Positions 22,079-32,640 of a DNA stretch of 64,000 bases are shown here, piece by piece. The stretch lies in the sequence record GU911519.1. One strand, 5' to 3'. The DNA comes from Acinetobacter phage Acj61. The notes beneath the pieces are model-generated. The model was not told the DNA's origin. It made no database searches and was given only the letters and a program-made list of their open reading frames with translations. The translations under genes and the position numbers were made by a program. Within the stretch, counting starts at the first letter, position 1. Every line of letters starts with the position of its first letter.

Positions 22079-23661
22079 CAACTATGCAGAAGCCTGGGTA
22101 TCCTAACGTCAGTATCAAATTATACGAAAGTTACGATGCTTGGAAAGAAAATCGATTTGTTGAACTTGGCGCTACGTTCACAACACTCACTATTCGTGAT
22201 GGGCTGTTCGGGCGAAATGAAGGCATGTTGCAATTCTATGACAATAAGAACATTCATACAAAAATGGATGGCGAACAGATTATTCAAATCTCATTGTCAA
22301 ATGCTAACACAAATGATGTCTTCAACCGAATTTATGGCATCAAACACTTTGCGACATCAGTCGATGAAAAAGGTGACAACATTATCGGTGTCGACTTAGC
22401 TCCATTGCACATTGTTGAACACTTGAAATTTTCTCGTGCGTTCTTTGCCAACGCTACTGAATCGATTCAAGAAATGATTCGAGTCATCTACGCTAAACGA
22501 GCCGAGATTGCTCCTAAAGTTGAAGGAATCAACGTCTACGTACCTAAAGTTGCTTGGGTCAATGATATCGAAATGTACATGGACTATGTACGTGAGATCG
22601 GCATGGCTGTTGAATCAGAGACATTCGTATTCGCATGGGAAGACATGATCGGAATTCACTTACAGGACTACAAACAAATCAGCGAACAAGAAGCTCGTAA
22701 AATGGTTGTAGGTGACATCAATCAAATTGGTACATTCGTCCAGTCAATGGATATTGGACTTGCATACGAGTTTGTATGGCTTTCAAAAGCTAATAGATAC
22801 GATCGTAATCCAATGGAGAACGTGACGATTTATTCTCACTCATTCAATGACAAAGAAATCCAACGTGTGACACAAGACGAAGGTGCTAACTCGATTTATG
22901 TAACTCGTTCTGGCGGATATTCTGACATGACATATCGTAATGGATATGAAGAAGCTATTCGATTGCTTACAATGGCTCAATATGATGGTTATGCTCAGTG
23001 CAAAACTGTCGGTGATTTCACAATTCGTCCTGGCATGAAAATCAATTTTGGTGATCAGAAAAATCAGTTCAAGACTGATTTCTACGTCGATGAAGTCATT
23101 CATGAAATTTCTAACAACTCATCTGTAACGAACATGTATATGTTCACTAACGGTAAGGCATTAAAACCTGTGGAAATCGAAAAAATCAAAAATGAAATTC
23201 CTACTTTGGAAACACCGAGCGAATCTGTTCAGCCTGAACCATCTGGCGACATTAAAGGTTCTGACTGGGACCTTGATAAAATGGCAACAGTTGTTACAAA
23301 GAATGCTCAAGGACGTAGTTCGACTGGTGATTGTGCATTATATGTTCGTAAAGCATTACAAGCATCTCAAATCAAACAGTTCTTTGCTGGTGGACTTGGA
23401 CACGCTAACCAAATGCCAACTCAACTTATTCGAATGAACTGGGTTGCGGTAGGCCAAAATGTAACCTCATGGAAGAAAGGCGACATCGTTGTTTTCCAAC
23501 GAACAAATACACGACTTGGACAAAAATATGGTCATGTTGCTATTTTCAACGGCTCACAGTGGGTATCAGATTTCATTCAACCAAGCGTCCAACCAAATCT
23601 AAAAGATAATTTAACGTACACGCTGTACAGAGCTCGTTACGGCTACACTAAAGGTGCATAA
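22075..23661 (+). CDS. 27: Baseplate hub protein gp27 with a C-terminal CHAP/NlpC-P60-like extension
   Basis: 528 aa against 391 aa in T4. The last ~135 aa contain STGDCALYVRKAL...KYGHVAIFNG, a Cys...His peptidase-like signature. Confidence 0.8.
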   Translation: MTTMQKPGYPNVSIKLYESYDAWKENRFVELGATFTTLTIRDGLFGRNEGMLQFYDNKNIHTKMDGEQIIQISLSNANTNDVFNRIYGIKHFATSVDEKGDNIIGVDLAPLHIVEHLKFSRAFFANATESIQEMIRVIYAKRAEIAPKVEGINVYVPKVAWVNDIEMYMDYVREIGMAVESETFVFAWEDMIGIHLQDYKQISEQEARKMVVGDINQIGTFVQSMDIGLAYEFVWLSKANRYDRNPMENVTIYSHSFNDKEIQRVTQDEGANSIYVTRSGGYSDMTYRNGYEEAIRLLTMAQYDGYAQCKTVGDFTIRPGMKINFGDQKNQFKTDFYVDEVIHEISNNSSVTNMYMFTNGKALKPVEIEKIKNEIPTLETPSESVQPEPSGDIKGSDWDLDKMATVVTKNAQGRSSTGDCALYVRKALQASQIKQFFAGGLGHANQMPTQLIRMNWVAVGQNVTSWKKGDIVVFQRTNTRLGQKYGHVAIFNGSQWVSDFIQPSVQPNLKDNLTYTLYRARYGYTKGA

Positions 23662-24219
23662 ATGAACAAAATCAATTTAGACATTCGTCCAGTATTTCGT
23701 ATGCTTTCAATTAATGGCAAAGACATCAAGATTCCTCGTCTCGGTTTAAAGCACCACGCAATTTTAAAGGACCCTAATGATCACGAGGACGCTATGAAAA
23801 AATTGATGGCGTCTATCCATCCTAATTTATCTGCTGCAGAACGTGATTTGGTATCACTTCATTTGTTGGCATATAATGAACGTCTGAAACACTCAGTGGT
23901 CATTGATGGCAATACATATACGGTGGATGATGTAATTATCAATCAAAAACTCAGATTCAATATAGGTGAAACTGAGTTCAAGTTCAAAACACCGAAACTT
24001 GAGAACTTGAATGCTACAATCCCGGAATTGTTACGTTCAAGTTGTGTGAGTGTTAAAGATGGTAATGGAAATCCACAGGAAATTCCAGACTTCTTACAAA
24101 TGCCTGCATATACATACAAATGGGCTGATGACATCTGTTCAACTATTGAACTTCGTACTTCTACAGGTAGTGTCAAAGGTCTTTATAAATTAATGGAGCT
24201 ATTCGATGGCGCAGCCTAA
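23662..24219 (+). CDS. 28: Baseplate hub distal subunit gp28
   Basis: 185 aa against 177 aa in T4, in syntenic position. Confidence 0.8.
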   Translation: MNKINLDIRPVFRMLSINGKDIKIPRLGLKHHAILKDPNDHEDAMKKLMASIHPNLSAAERDLVSLHLLAYNERLKHSVVIDGNTYTVDDVIINQKLRFNIGETEFKFKTPKLENLNATIPELLRSSCVSVKDGNGNPQEIPDFLQMPAYTYKWADDICSTIELRTSTGSVKGLYKLMELFDGAA

Positions 24220-25999
24220 TCCACCAAAATCAGAACTTTTAGGAGTCAGTGGAGCAAATGATGAAGCAGTTACACGTAACGTACCAGCGCCTTTGAAGCG
24301 TCCGGCTGCTCAAACATCGTTTCGAAAAACACCAGCTCCTGATATGAAGGCAGCAAATGATGCATTAGATGATATTCGTGATCAAGTCTCTGATAAAGCT
24401 GACGATCCAATCGATACTCTTGATGCATCAAAACAGTCATTGGCATCTATTGACAATAAGATGTCACAACAAATCTCTGATAATTTAGCAAGTTCGATTG
24501 TTCAACGCCGATATGAAGGTACAATGATTGGCGAGACACAGAATATTTCTGCTAAGTTATCTTTGCTGTTAGGTAAATTGACCGAGATGCATGTTGATGC
24601 ACAAGTCGAAGCAGCACAAAAGGATAACATCAAGTCTGAGCCAACTACATCTGAAGTGATTGGAGACTTGATCAAAAAGGAACAGCCAGAGCAAAAACCT
24701 GAAATTGCTGAAAAAATTCTCCCAACAGAAGAAAAGCCATCAACTAAATTACTTGATGAAAATGCTGGTAAGTCCGGCAAAGAGTTAGTTGGTAAAGCAA
24801 ATCCAATTGTGATGGGACTTGATAAAGTTGGTGGTCTATTAAAGACTGGCTTCAAATCAAGTATCGGAGTCATGGACAAAATTTCTGGTATGTTGTTCAA
24901 GTTCACAGCTACCCAAGCAATCAATGCAGCTAAAGTCGCAGCAGCGATCTTTGCAATTATTCTTGCTATCGATTTGATCAAAATTTACTGGTCAGTCTGG
25001 GGCGAGAAAATTATGGCTAAGTTGTCTGAATGGGCTGAAATTTTCAAAGGTTGGTGGGATACATTTACCGACTGGGGCTCTCAATTTTCTGACTTCAAGA
25101 CAGCATTTGAAGGTATGGGTGCTAATTTGATGGAAATCAAAAATGCTTGGGTATCAGGAGATTTTCCTGCTCTGGCTAAAGCACTTGGTAATGCAATCAT
25201 TGATATGGGCAAGACAATTTCGGGTATCATTGGCCGAACTCTGGCATCGCTTTTTGGTCCTCTGTTGCGAAAATTAGGCTTTGGAGAAACTGCTGATAAT
25301 CTCGAAGCTGCTGGTCTGCGTCATTATCAAAATATGACTGACAACCGATTGAGTCCAGAGAACCAACGAAAACTTGCTGAAAATCAGGTCAAGCAAGAAG
25401 CTAAAGATGGCAAAACAGCTACTGAACGTGGAATGACTGATTTCTTGCCTAACACATGGCGTAACAAACTTGGATTTATTTCCGATAACGAATTGAGTCA
25501 AATCAATGCAGAGAAGAAAGATCAAAGTGCTCGTTCGAATTTATCACAAGAGCAAAAAGTTGATTCTGTTGCAGCTACAAATGAAGCTCGAGAAGCAATT
25601 GCCCGATATAAGAAATTTGCAGATGCAGCTAACCCTGATAATGCCGGAGATATGGCCAAAGTTGATAAATACAAGAAAGAAGCCGCACAATACTTGAGCA
25701 ATAAAGCTCTGGATTTGACACCTTCAATCAAGTCTGAACTTCAAACGCAATACAACGCGATTAAAGTCAAGTCTAAAAAGGACGATGTCAAACCAGAAAC
25801 TTCAGCAGCGAGTAAAGACACTCAAACCGTCAACTCGATCAAAACTGCCGAAGCAGCTAAAGCTAATCAGCAAACACAACAAACTAACGTCGCAAACGTT
25901 CAGAATAATGTTGTCAAGAATAGCAAAACTGTTCATGTTCAGGCTCCAACAACTAGTACACGAGCTCCAGGTGTCCATAAGGCTACCGGAGTCAACTAA
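24206..25999 (+). CDS. 29: Baseplate hub / tail length determinator gp29
   Basis: 597 aa against 590 aa in T4. It has low-complexity Q/K/A-rich termini and a hydrophobic central segment. Confidence 0.85.
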   Translation: MAQPNPPKSELLGVSGANDEAVTRNVPAPLKRPAAQTSFRKTPAPDMKAANDALDDIRDQVSDKADDPIDTLDASKQSLASIDNKMSQQISDNLASSIVQRRYEGTMIGETQNISAKLSLLLGKLTEMHVDAQVEAAQKDNIKSEPTTSEVIGDLIKKEQPEQKPEIAEKILPTEEKPSTKLLDENAGKSGKELVGKANPIVMGLDKVGGLLKTGFKSSIGVMDKISGMLFKFTATQAINAAKVAAAIFAIILAIDLIKIYWSVWGEKIMAKLSEWAEIFKGWWDTFTDWGSQFSDFKTAFEGMGANLMEIKNAWVSGDFPALAKALGNAIIDMGKTISGIIGRTLASLFGPLLRKLGFGETADNLEAAGLRHYQNMTDNRLSPENQRKLAENQVKQEAKDGKTATERGMTDFLPNTWRNKLGFISDNELSQINAEKKDQSARSNLSQEQKVDSVAATNEAREAIARYKKFADAANPDNAGDMAKVDKYKKEAAQYLSNKALDLTPSIKSELQTQYNAIKVKSKKDDVKPETSAASKDTQTVNSIKTAEAAKANQQTQQTNVANVQNNVVKNSKTVHVQAPTTSTRAPGVHKATGVN

Positions 26000-26008
26000 G
26001 GAATAAGT

Positions 26009-27103
26009 ATGTTAGTAAAAGAAATCGTAGATTCCGAAACTAACCTCATCGAGCGAATCGGTAGCTTTGTTGCTGCCGGTCGCAGCTCAAAAGAGGAAGA
26101 ATCAAAGACAAAAATCTTTGAAGCACAATATCCCGATGGACGTGCAGCAGCGACAGATTCTGTTGACGATGCACGAATCCAAGACCTTTATGCAAATGGT
26201 TTGCTGTTCACTGCTGTCGAGTACAAAGGACGTACAACTCCTGAAATGACCGACATGCGTGGACAAGTAATGAAGAATATGGTCGATGCTATTGATCAAG
26301 CCAAAGGTGTCTTCAATCAACTTCGTGGTAAGAGCGGTGGCAATAAGAAAATTTCAAGTGCCATCAAAAATCCAGTTTGTCAAATTTTGTTGCCTCGTTC
26401 AAAGACAGACACTGACACAATTTCTCACAAGTTCAATGATGTTAATGAATCTCTTATCACACGTGGTAACGGTACAGCAACAGGCATCTTGTCGAACTTA
26501 GCATCAACAGCAGTTTTTGGTGCAGTTGAGTCAATTTCACAAGGCGTTATGGCTGACCATGGTGAGCAAATTTATAACACATCACGTGCAATGTATGGCG
26601 GTGCTGAAAATCGTACAAAGACATACACATGGGAATTGACACCTCGAACTGAAGGTGACTTAGTACAAATCATTCGAATTTATGAGTTGTTCTCTTTCTT
26701 TTCATATGGCGTGACAGGTAACTCTGCCTATGCTAAAGAAATCAAAGGACAAATTGATGATTGGTACAAAAAGACATTCATCAATAATTTGACACCAGAA
26801 GGTGCAGATCGATCTGGGACAATGATGGAATCTGTTACTTCATTCTTGTCGAACGTGATTGTTGTCTCTAATCCGACAGTTTGGTTCATTCAAAACTTCG
26901 GTACAATGACTACATACGATAAGCATGCTGACGTGTTTGGCCCAGCTCAAATTTCAAACATTCGTTTTGATAAAGCACCTGATGGAAATTTCAGTGGTCT
27001 TGCTATTGCACCTAACATGCCATCAACATTCGTATTAGAAATCACATTCCGAGAAATTCTTACACTTAACCGTGGCTCATTATATGGACGAGACGTACTA
27101 TGA
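26009..27103 (+). CDS. 48: Baseplate tail tube cap gp48
   Basis: 364 aa, the same length as T4 gp48. Gene order 29-48-54 is conserved. Confidence 0.85.
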   Translation: MLVKEIVDSETNLIERIGSFVAAGRSSKEEESKTKIFEAQYPDGRAAATDSVDDARIQDLYANGLLFTAVEYKGRTTPEMTDMRGQVMKNMVDAIDQAKGVFNQLRGKSGGNKKISSAIKNPVCQILLPRSKTDTDTISHKFNDVNESLITRGNGTATGILSNLASTAVFGAVESISQGVMADHGEQIYNTSRAMYGGAENRTKTYTWELTPRTEGDLVQIIRIYELFSFFSYGVTGNSAYAKEIKGQIDDWYKKTFINNLTPEGADRSGTMMESVTSFLSNVIVVSNPTVWFIQNFGTMTTYDKHADVFGPAQISNIRFDKAPDGNFSGLAIAPNMPSTFVLEITFREILTLNRGSLYGRDVL

Positions 27104-28005
27104 ATGGTATTGCATTTACATTAGATGAATTCAATAGCCAGGTTATCAATGCAGACTTTCAGAGAACAAATATGTTCTCTATGGTCTTCGCAACAAAACC
27201 TAATGGCAAGACACAAGAGTTACTCAACAACGTCGGTAACTCAGTAGCTGAAATGATTCCAGAAACGTTAGATGCGTTAGGAGTTACACAAGGTGTCTTG
27301 ACACAGGCTATCACAACAGTCATTACAATGGGCAGTCGTAAGATTGTCCGTAAAGCAGGTGTTAGTAAGGTTCTAATTGGCGCTATGACTAACCGAGTAT
27401 TTCAGTCACTTCTCGGTGAATTGAAAGTTGGTACATACTTACTCGATTACTTCAACATGGTCTTTCCAACGTCAGGTTTAATGGTCCAAGCGGTTAAAAT
27501 CCCAGACAATAAGTTAAACCATGAAATGGATCGTTTGCATAACTCTCCTAATATCAAAATTACCGGCCGAGATTTCGAACCACTTGTAATTACGTTCCGA
27601 ATGGACTCGGCTGCTGTCAACTATCGTTCGATGAATGATTGGGTCAACTCGGTTGAAGACCCAGTTACAGGTTTACGAGCTCTACCAAGTTCAGTAGAAG
27701 CTGACTTGCAAATCAATTTGCACGCGCGTAATGGGCTCCCACACTCGGTTGTGCTGTTCACAGGTTGTGTACCAGTTGGAGTCACGTCGCCTCAATTGTC
27801 ATATGAAGACAATAACCAAATCACTACATTTGATGTCATCTTTGCATACCGAACCATGTCGATGGGACCTGTTGAATTGCAAGCTGCCAAAGAATGGATG
27901 GAAGATACTGCCATCAAATTAGGCAAACAAGCAATGGACCCAAATATTAACTTATCATCTCATTCTCGTTTGAGTGGTAGTGCAAATGGTATCGCTAAGC
28001 TATAA
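27100..28005 (+). CDS. 54: Baseplate tail tube initiator gp54
   Basis: 301 aa against 320 aa in T4. It overlaps gene 48 by ATGA. Confidence 0.85.
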   Translation: MNGIAFTLDEFNSQVINADFQRTNMFSMVFATKPNGKTQELLNNVGNSVAEMIPETLDALGVTQGVLTQAITTVITMGSRKIVRKAGVSKVLIGAMTNRVFQSLLGELKVGTYLLDYFNMVFPTSGLMVQAVKIPDNKLNHEMDRLHNSPNIKITGRDFEPLVITFRMDSAAVNYRSMNDWVNSVEDPVTGLRALPSSVEADLQINLHARNGLPHSVVLFTGCVPVGVTSPQLSYEDNNQITTFDVIFAYRTMSMGPVELQAAKEWMEDTAIKLGKQAMDPNINLSSHSRLSGSANGIAKL

Positions 28006-28008
28006 ATA
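28001..28008 (+). promoter_or_regulatory. Late promoter TATAAATA upstream of alt
   Basis: Exact consensus about 14 nt before the ATG region. Confidence 0.5.
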
Positions 28009-28021
28009 CAATTAAACATAT

Positions 28022-30121
28022 TTGGAGAATATCATGGATCAATTTGATCTTGAACAATTGAATGAAGTATTCGATGGCCCAGAAGACAATAATTATGACG
28101 TTGTAGATTTAATGCCTAAAGCAAAAACGCCTCAAATGTTTTTGCTTAAAGGTGAAGGAATCCACAATCTAGTAGTTCGTTTGATGGCACAAAAAGAAGG
28201 TGGTGATACTCTTCGTAATTTGATGCCTAATGACAAGAACGTCGTTGTTTTCGTCATGACATTGAATGACAAAGGTAACCTTGGTGAGTTGAAAGGTGGA
28301 CTTGGTGGAAATCCAGTTCGTGCTCTTGTAACTATCTTTGACACAGTTTATAAAGCAATCAATCCTACTGTTACACAAACAATCATGTTCCGATTCCCAG
28401 CCAAGAAAATGGGTGGTCAAGAACGATCAGTTCGTCGTGTACTTGAACGTTTGATTAAAGTTCGTGGTAAGAATCACTTTGCCGTACTTTCTGAACTTGC
28501 AAATTATTCAGCAAAATATTCATATGTTGTAGCTCACAAACGCAACATGGAATATACCGATTTGCCAGGCGCATCTGTTGACACAGAAAAATTTAAGAAA
28601 GTAGATACTAAAGTTGGTGACGTTTATATCGATAACGACACAGGAAAAGAAACTACCTTGGCTAATGCCGTTGCTGGAGAAATAGCTAAAAAGTATGACA
28701 AGATCACAACTGCGTCGGTTATTTCAAAAACTAAGTTGAGTCGTAAAGTTTTGATGGGTGCTATGTACTCAGCTGAAGTATTCAATACTAAACGTAATTC
28801 TGAGAATCAAGAGCTGTTTGATAATTTCTCGGATAGCAACTCAGTTCATGAATCGACTGGTACAAAGTCGCCGATTCAAAAGGACATCAATACCATCGAT
28901 ATGCCTGCTCTCGGCAAATACTTAGAAGACTTCCAAGTCAAAGGCTGGAAAACTTCGGACTCGGTTTCACAAATGCATACTTTCAAACTTAAAGATGCTA
29001 TTGAAGGTATCGCTAAGAGCAAATTAGCATTTAAACCAGGTGGAAAGGACAGTGCAGCAATTACTAACACATTGATTAATGGAGTTGGTGCTATTATTTC
29101 TAAGGCTAGCCCGAAGAACTTACAAGCAGCAATCGTTGAAATTTCTGAGTTAGTTTCTCGTACGGACTTTGGCGAAATGGAAAAGTGGGAACGTATTTCT
29201 ATAACACGAACAATCATTGCAGCAGTTCTTAACGGTCCTGTTGGAAATCGAATTCGTGAAGCATACACATCAGATGCATCAAAAAAGGAAACTTACTACC
29301 AATATCCTAAAGAGCAGATTGAAGCTATCGAAACATATACAGGTTATCGATATGAGAACATCAACAATTTCTTGATTGGACTCGACGAGAAGCTCCACCC
29401 CGAAGATTTGAAGACTATTCGGAATCTTGATGAAGCATTCAAAAATGGTTCAACATTGGAAAAGGGCACAGTTCTTTATCGTGGTCAAAAGATGAAGATC
29501 GATCAAGTACGCCCTATGCTTGACAACAAAGTACTTTATTTCAAGAACTTTGTTTCAACATCATTGCAGCCGGTGATTTATTCACAATTTGCAAATAGTA
29601 CTCCAAACATCGAACCTGGTGCTCAGGACCAGACCGATTTCACGTCTGCTGATTTAGCTCAATCTACATCATTTGATGATGGTGATAAAGAACGAATTGA
29701 AGACAACGATTCACGAGTATCTGTTGATTGTGGTATTGTAATCAAAGGTGCTGATAAAATCAACGTTATTATTCCAGGTGCTGTTTCATCATATCCAATG
29801 GAATGTGAAGTAATTCTTCCTCGTGGTACAGCTCTCAAAATCACTAAAGCATTAGGTGAACGAGCCGATGGAAGTTCTGAAGGTACTATGTTGCTTGAAA
29901 CAAATGTCATTTCAGCCGATCAACTTGATGAAAGCACTGACGTTTATGATGGTGACACATTCTTGACTGAAGGACGTCTCGAAAAGATCAATCCATTTAG
30001 TTTCTCTGCGTTCTACAACAACGAGGTTATAAGTGAAGCGATAATTCCTGATGATAGTTCTGCCGCAGAGTTATTGTTAGCCATTATTGATTTAAGTGAT
30101 CTATCAAACAAGTTTAAGTGA
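28022..30121 (+). CDS. alt: Alt-like ADP-ribosyltransferase packaged in the capsid
   Basis: 699 aa against 682 aa in T4. The C-terminal domain carries an R-S-E ART signature (YTGYRYENIN, LYRGQK, FVSTSL, PMECEVILP). A late promoter lies at 28001-28008. Confidence 0.85.
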   Translation: MENIMDQFDLEQLNEVFDGPEDNNYDVVDLMPKAKTPQMFLLKGEGIHNLVVRLMAQKEGGDTLRNLMPNDKNVVVFVMTLNDKGNLGELKGGLGGNPVRALVTIFDTVYKAINPTVTQTIMFRFPAKKMGGQERSVRRVLERLIKVRGKNHFAVLSELANYSAKYSYVVAHKRNMEYTDLPGASVDTEKFKKVDTKVGDVYIDNDTGKETTLANAVAGEIAKKYDKITTASVISKTKLSRKVLMGAMYSAEVFNTKRNSENQELFDNFSDSNSVHESTGTKSPIQKDINTIDMPALGKYLEDFQVKGWKTSDSVSQMHTFKLKDAIEGIAKSKLAFKPGGKDSAAITNTLINGVGAIISKASPKNLQAAIVEISELVSRTDFGEMEKWERISITRTIIAAVLNGPVGNRIREAYTSDASKKETYYQYPKEQIEAIETYTGYRYENINNFLIGLDEKLHPEDLKTIRNLDEAFKNGSTLEKGTVLYRGQKMKIDQVRPMLDNKVLYFKNFVSTSLQPVIYSQFANSTPNIEPGAQDQTDFTSADLAQSTSFDDGDKERIEDNDSRVSVDCGIVIKGADKINVIIPGAVSSYPMECEVILPRGTALKITKALGERADGSSEGTMLLETNVISADQLDESTDVYDGDTFLTEGRLEKINPFSFSAFYNNEVISEAIIPDDSSAAELLLAIIDLSDLSNKFK

Positions 30122-30127
30122 TACACG

Positions 30128-30157
30128 AATGGGACTCAATTGAGTCCCATTTTTTGG
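30128..30157. terminator. Palindromic terminator (CAATTG centre) after alt
   Basis: AATGGGACTCAATTGAGTCCCATT plus TTTTTT. Confidence 0.7.
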
Positions 30158-30158
30158 C

Positions 30159-30335
30159 TTAGATGATAGTGGCTTTTCGATGAATTACGAATCCAACACC
30201 TTCTTCTGCATGTACTAATTCATTCAAGAATTTCTCTTGAGCAGCCTTAGTTTTGATGTTGAGTTCAATTAATTGAACTGCTGGACTGACGCCTTGTTCT
30301 TTGCTTACTACGATAACTTCTAATAAGATTGCCAT
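30159..30335 (-). CDS. Small hypothetical protein (30.1-like position)
   Basis: 58 aa from the internal Met. It starts directly after the ligase stop and ends before the terminator at 30128. Confidence 0.35.
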   Translation of the reverse strand: MAILLEVIVVSKEQGVSPAVQLIELNIKTKAAQEKFLNELVHAEEGVGFVIHRKATII

Positions 30336-30336
30336 G

Positions 30337-31800
30337 TTACACCTCTTGGAATACGAATTTAGCATCAGGGAATGCTTCTTCGAATGTGTTAGTTTCAGTT
30401 TTGTCAATACGAAGTTTTTGGATGATTGGTAAGAATAAGCTTACGTTCGAAGTACGACCTTCTGCAGCAACCCATCCATTACATTTGATTTCTGCAATAG
30501 TACCAATCAATTGATCTTTGATTGTCCATAAACGTTTGCGGTTCAATTCATCAAGTTCTTCAAATGGAATATCGATCCATTGTCCTTTAACTTTGATTTG
30601 ATCTGTGTCTGTGAAGCCAGAACCACAACGTACTTTGATTTTTCCATCGTCTGACGCAAGAATCACTGCACCAAGTTTATTTTCATCTTTTGAATGGACT
30701 TGAACATCGACAATACGTAGATCGACCATCAATTCTTCTTTGAACTTCACCAAGTTCTTAGAACGTTTGTTTTCCCAGATCGAATCGATATTTTTGAGGA
30801 TGATACCTTCAAGACCTTGTTCAACATAATTTTTGTAGATATCCTTAGCTTCTTCAAGGTTGTTGACTAATGTGTTTTCGATTGTTAAGATTCGTGGAGA
30901 ACCTTCAAACAATGATTCAAGTTGTTCAAAACGAACTTTGTATGAACTTGATTTTTCTGAATCATAAATCGCTGTAGTTGGAACCAAATCCCAAACTTGG
31001 AAGCTCATGTATGCAGCTTCTTGCTGATTGATTGTACCTTTAAGAGATTTGTTTGCAATGCCGTTTGATTCAGAACGAAGAACTACTGCCTTTTGATCTT
31101 GTTCTCCCATCATCGTTTCAAGTGCAGTTTTTGGAGCAGATGGAGCGATGTAAACAAGTTCGCCATCAACCATTACTGAACCATGAACTTCACGATATGC
31201 TTTAGTACGAGCAATCAATTCTTTTTTGAGGTTGTCGAGGCCTTTGTACTCATTACCTGCACGAGAGTACATTTTGACATCTTCGACGTCATCGCCATAA
31301 ATTTCAGCGAAACAACGAGCTCCATCAGCTTTTAACTGCGCATACGCTGGGAATTTGATGAATGATAACGCCTTTTCTGAATATGAACTTGCAAGCATTT
31401 GAGGTTGTTTTGGAATCAAATCTTTCCAAACTTTGTTAGCCATAGTAGCTGAAGCACCACATTCAAGATCACGTTTGATGATTCGTTCAACGATAATTGC
31501 ATCGGCTTGTGGAAGACCAGATAGATAATCAGCTAACATTGTAATTGCAGCATTGCCGGTTACTTTACGAGTAGCAATAACTTTTTCAAGTAAATGAAGA
31601 ACTTCTTCCAGTGTACGTTCGGTATCAGAACCTTGAATATCGTATGCAGGAATCTTTTTGATACCATATTGGAGACGCGGATGATATGCTAAACGATATA
31701 CGTCGATCATATTGGTTCGATTAGCATTAAGTTTCAAAATTGCTAACTTTTCATTAGTAGAATCAGTTGCAGCAATTTTATTCAGAACTTCTAAAATCAT
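30337..31800 (-). CDS. 30: ATP-dependent DNA ligase gp30
   Basis: 487 aa, the same length as T4 gp30. It has the KxDG adenylation motif (QLKADGARC). An early promoter lies upstream at 31824-31863. Confidence 0.95.
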   Translation of the reverse strand: MILEVLNKIAATDSTNEKLAILKLNANRTNMIDVYRLAYHPRLQYGIKKIPAYDIQGSDTERTLEEVLHLLEKVIATRKVTGNAAITMLADYLSGLPQADAIIVERIIKRDLECGASATMANKVWKDLIPKQPQMLASSYSEKALSFIKFPAYAQLKADGARCFAEIYGDDVEDVKMYSRAGNEYKGLDNLKKELIARTKAYREVHGSVMVDGELVYIAPSAPKTALETMMGEQDQKAVVLRSESNGIANKSLKGTINQQEAAYMSFQVWDLVPTTAIYDSEKSSSYKVRFEQLESLFEGSPRILTIENTLVNNLEEAKDIYKNYVEQGLEGIILKNIDSIWENKRSKNLVKFKEELMVDLRIVDVQVHSKDENKLGAVILASDDGKIKVRCGSGFTDTDQIKVKGQWIDIPFEELDELNRKRLWTIKDQLIGTIAEIKCNGWVAAEGRTSNVSLFLPIIQKLRIDKTETNTFEEAFPDAKFVFQEV

Positions 31801-31823
31801 GGAATAATTCCTTTGTTTGATTT

Positions 31824-31863
31824 GATAGGACCATTATATCATGGTCCCTTAGAGATGTAAACT
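31824..31863 (-). promoter_or_regulatory. Early promoter upstream of ligase gene 30
   Basis: Minus strand: GTTTAC...TGATATAATGGTCCTATCA. The -10 lies inside the dyad GGACCAT/ATGGTCC. Confidence 0.65.
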
Positions 31864-31868
31864 GCTGC

Positions 31869-32540
31869 TTATGATCTTTTTGGTGGACGTGCATAAGTTT
31901 TTGGAATAACTTCGCTTGCTGCTACAGCTCCGACACATCCAGGATGGATAGCATTTAAATTCGAGATTTGTATGCAATTGATGCCTTCTGTCTTGACTGG
32001 CTCGCGTGGACCTCGAATGATGTGATAGTAGTTGATGCCTTTAGGCAGAACTTCAGCGGCATCTTCGATATTGATTGCAAGATCATCAATAAATGAAACT
32101 ATACGTCCATCATATTTTTTGACAGCACTCTTGAACATGTCTGTCTTTGATTCACCAAAACCACAGCTCATGATGTCGATGAATGCACCAGGGAATAATG
32201 CATTGAGATTTGACAGACGATTAAGAATTGCTTCAGGCTTGTCTGATAATGCTGTTACTGCAACAAAGTCATAAGTTTTCTTTGCTTCATTGACCCATGA
32301 CAACGCATCACGATACGCACTAAGGTAACGAATGAATTTACTGTTATTGTACTCTTTCAATAACTTTGTAGCAATTTCTGGATTGAGACCAAACATTTCA
32401 GCAGGTGAAATGAATGCTTCAGTACGCATTGATTCAATAGCTTTTTCAGTGTTGAGACTATGTTTAGCCAAGAAATAAGGCAAACCTGATTGCCATTGAA
32501 TGAGGCATCCATCGATATCGGTTAAAATTACATCTTTCAT
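31869..32540 (-). CDS. HAD-superfamily-like hydrolase (DxDGC motif) in 30.2 position
   Basis: 223 aa. The N-terminal motif ILTDIDGCL resembles the DxDx(T/C) motif I of HAD phosphatases. Confidence 0.5.
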   Translation of the reverse strand: MKDVILTDIDGCLIQWQSGLPYFLAKHSLNTEKAIESMRTEAFISPAEMFGLNPEIATKLLKEYNNSKFIRYLSAYRDALSWVNEAKKTYDFVAVTALSDKPEAILNRLSNLNALFPGAFIDIMSCGFGESKTDMFKSAVKKYDGRIVSFIDDLAINIEDAAEVLPKGINYYHIIRGPREPVKTEGINCIQISNLNAIHPGCVGAVAASEVIPKTYARPPKRS

Positions 32541-32640
32541 GCGTAAGGCCCTGCCATCAAACGAAGTGTTGAGTTGTGTGAGTTGTTTAAAGAATTTCGC
32601 AGTTTTGCTAAAAGCTCTACCAATTTTTGGTGTTCAGATT

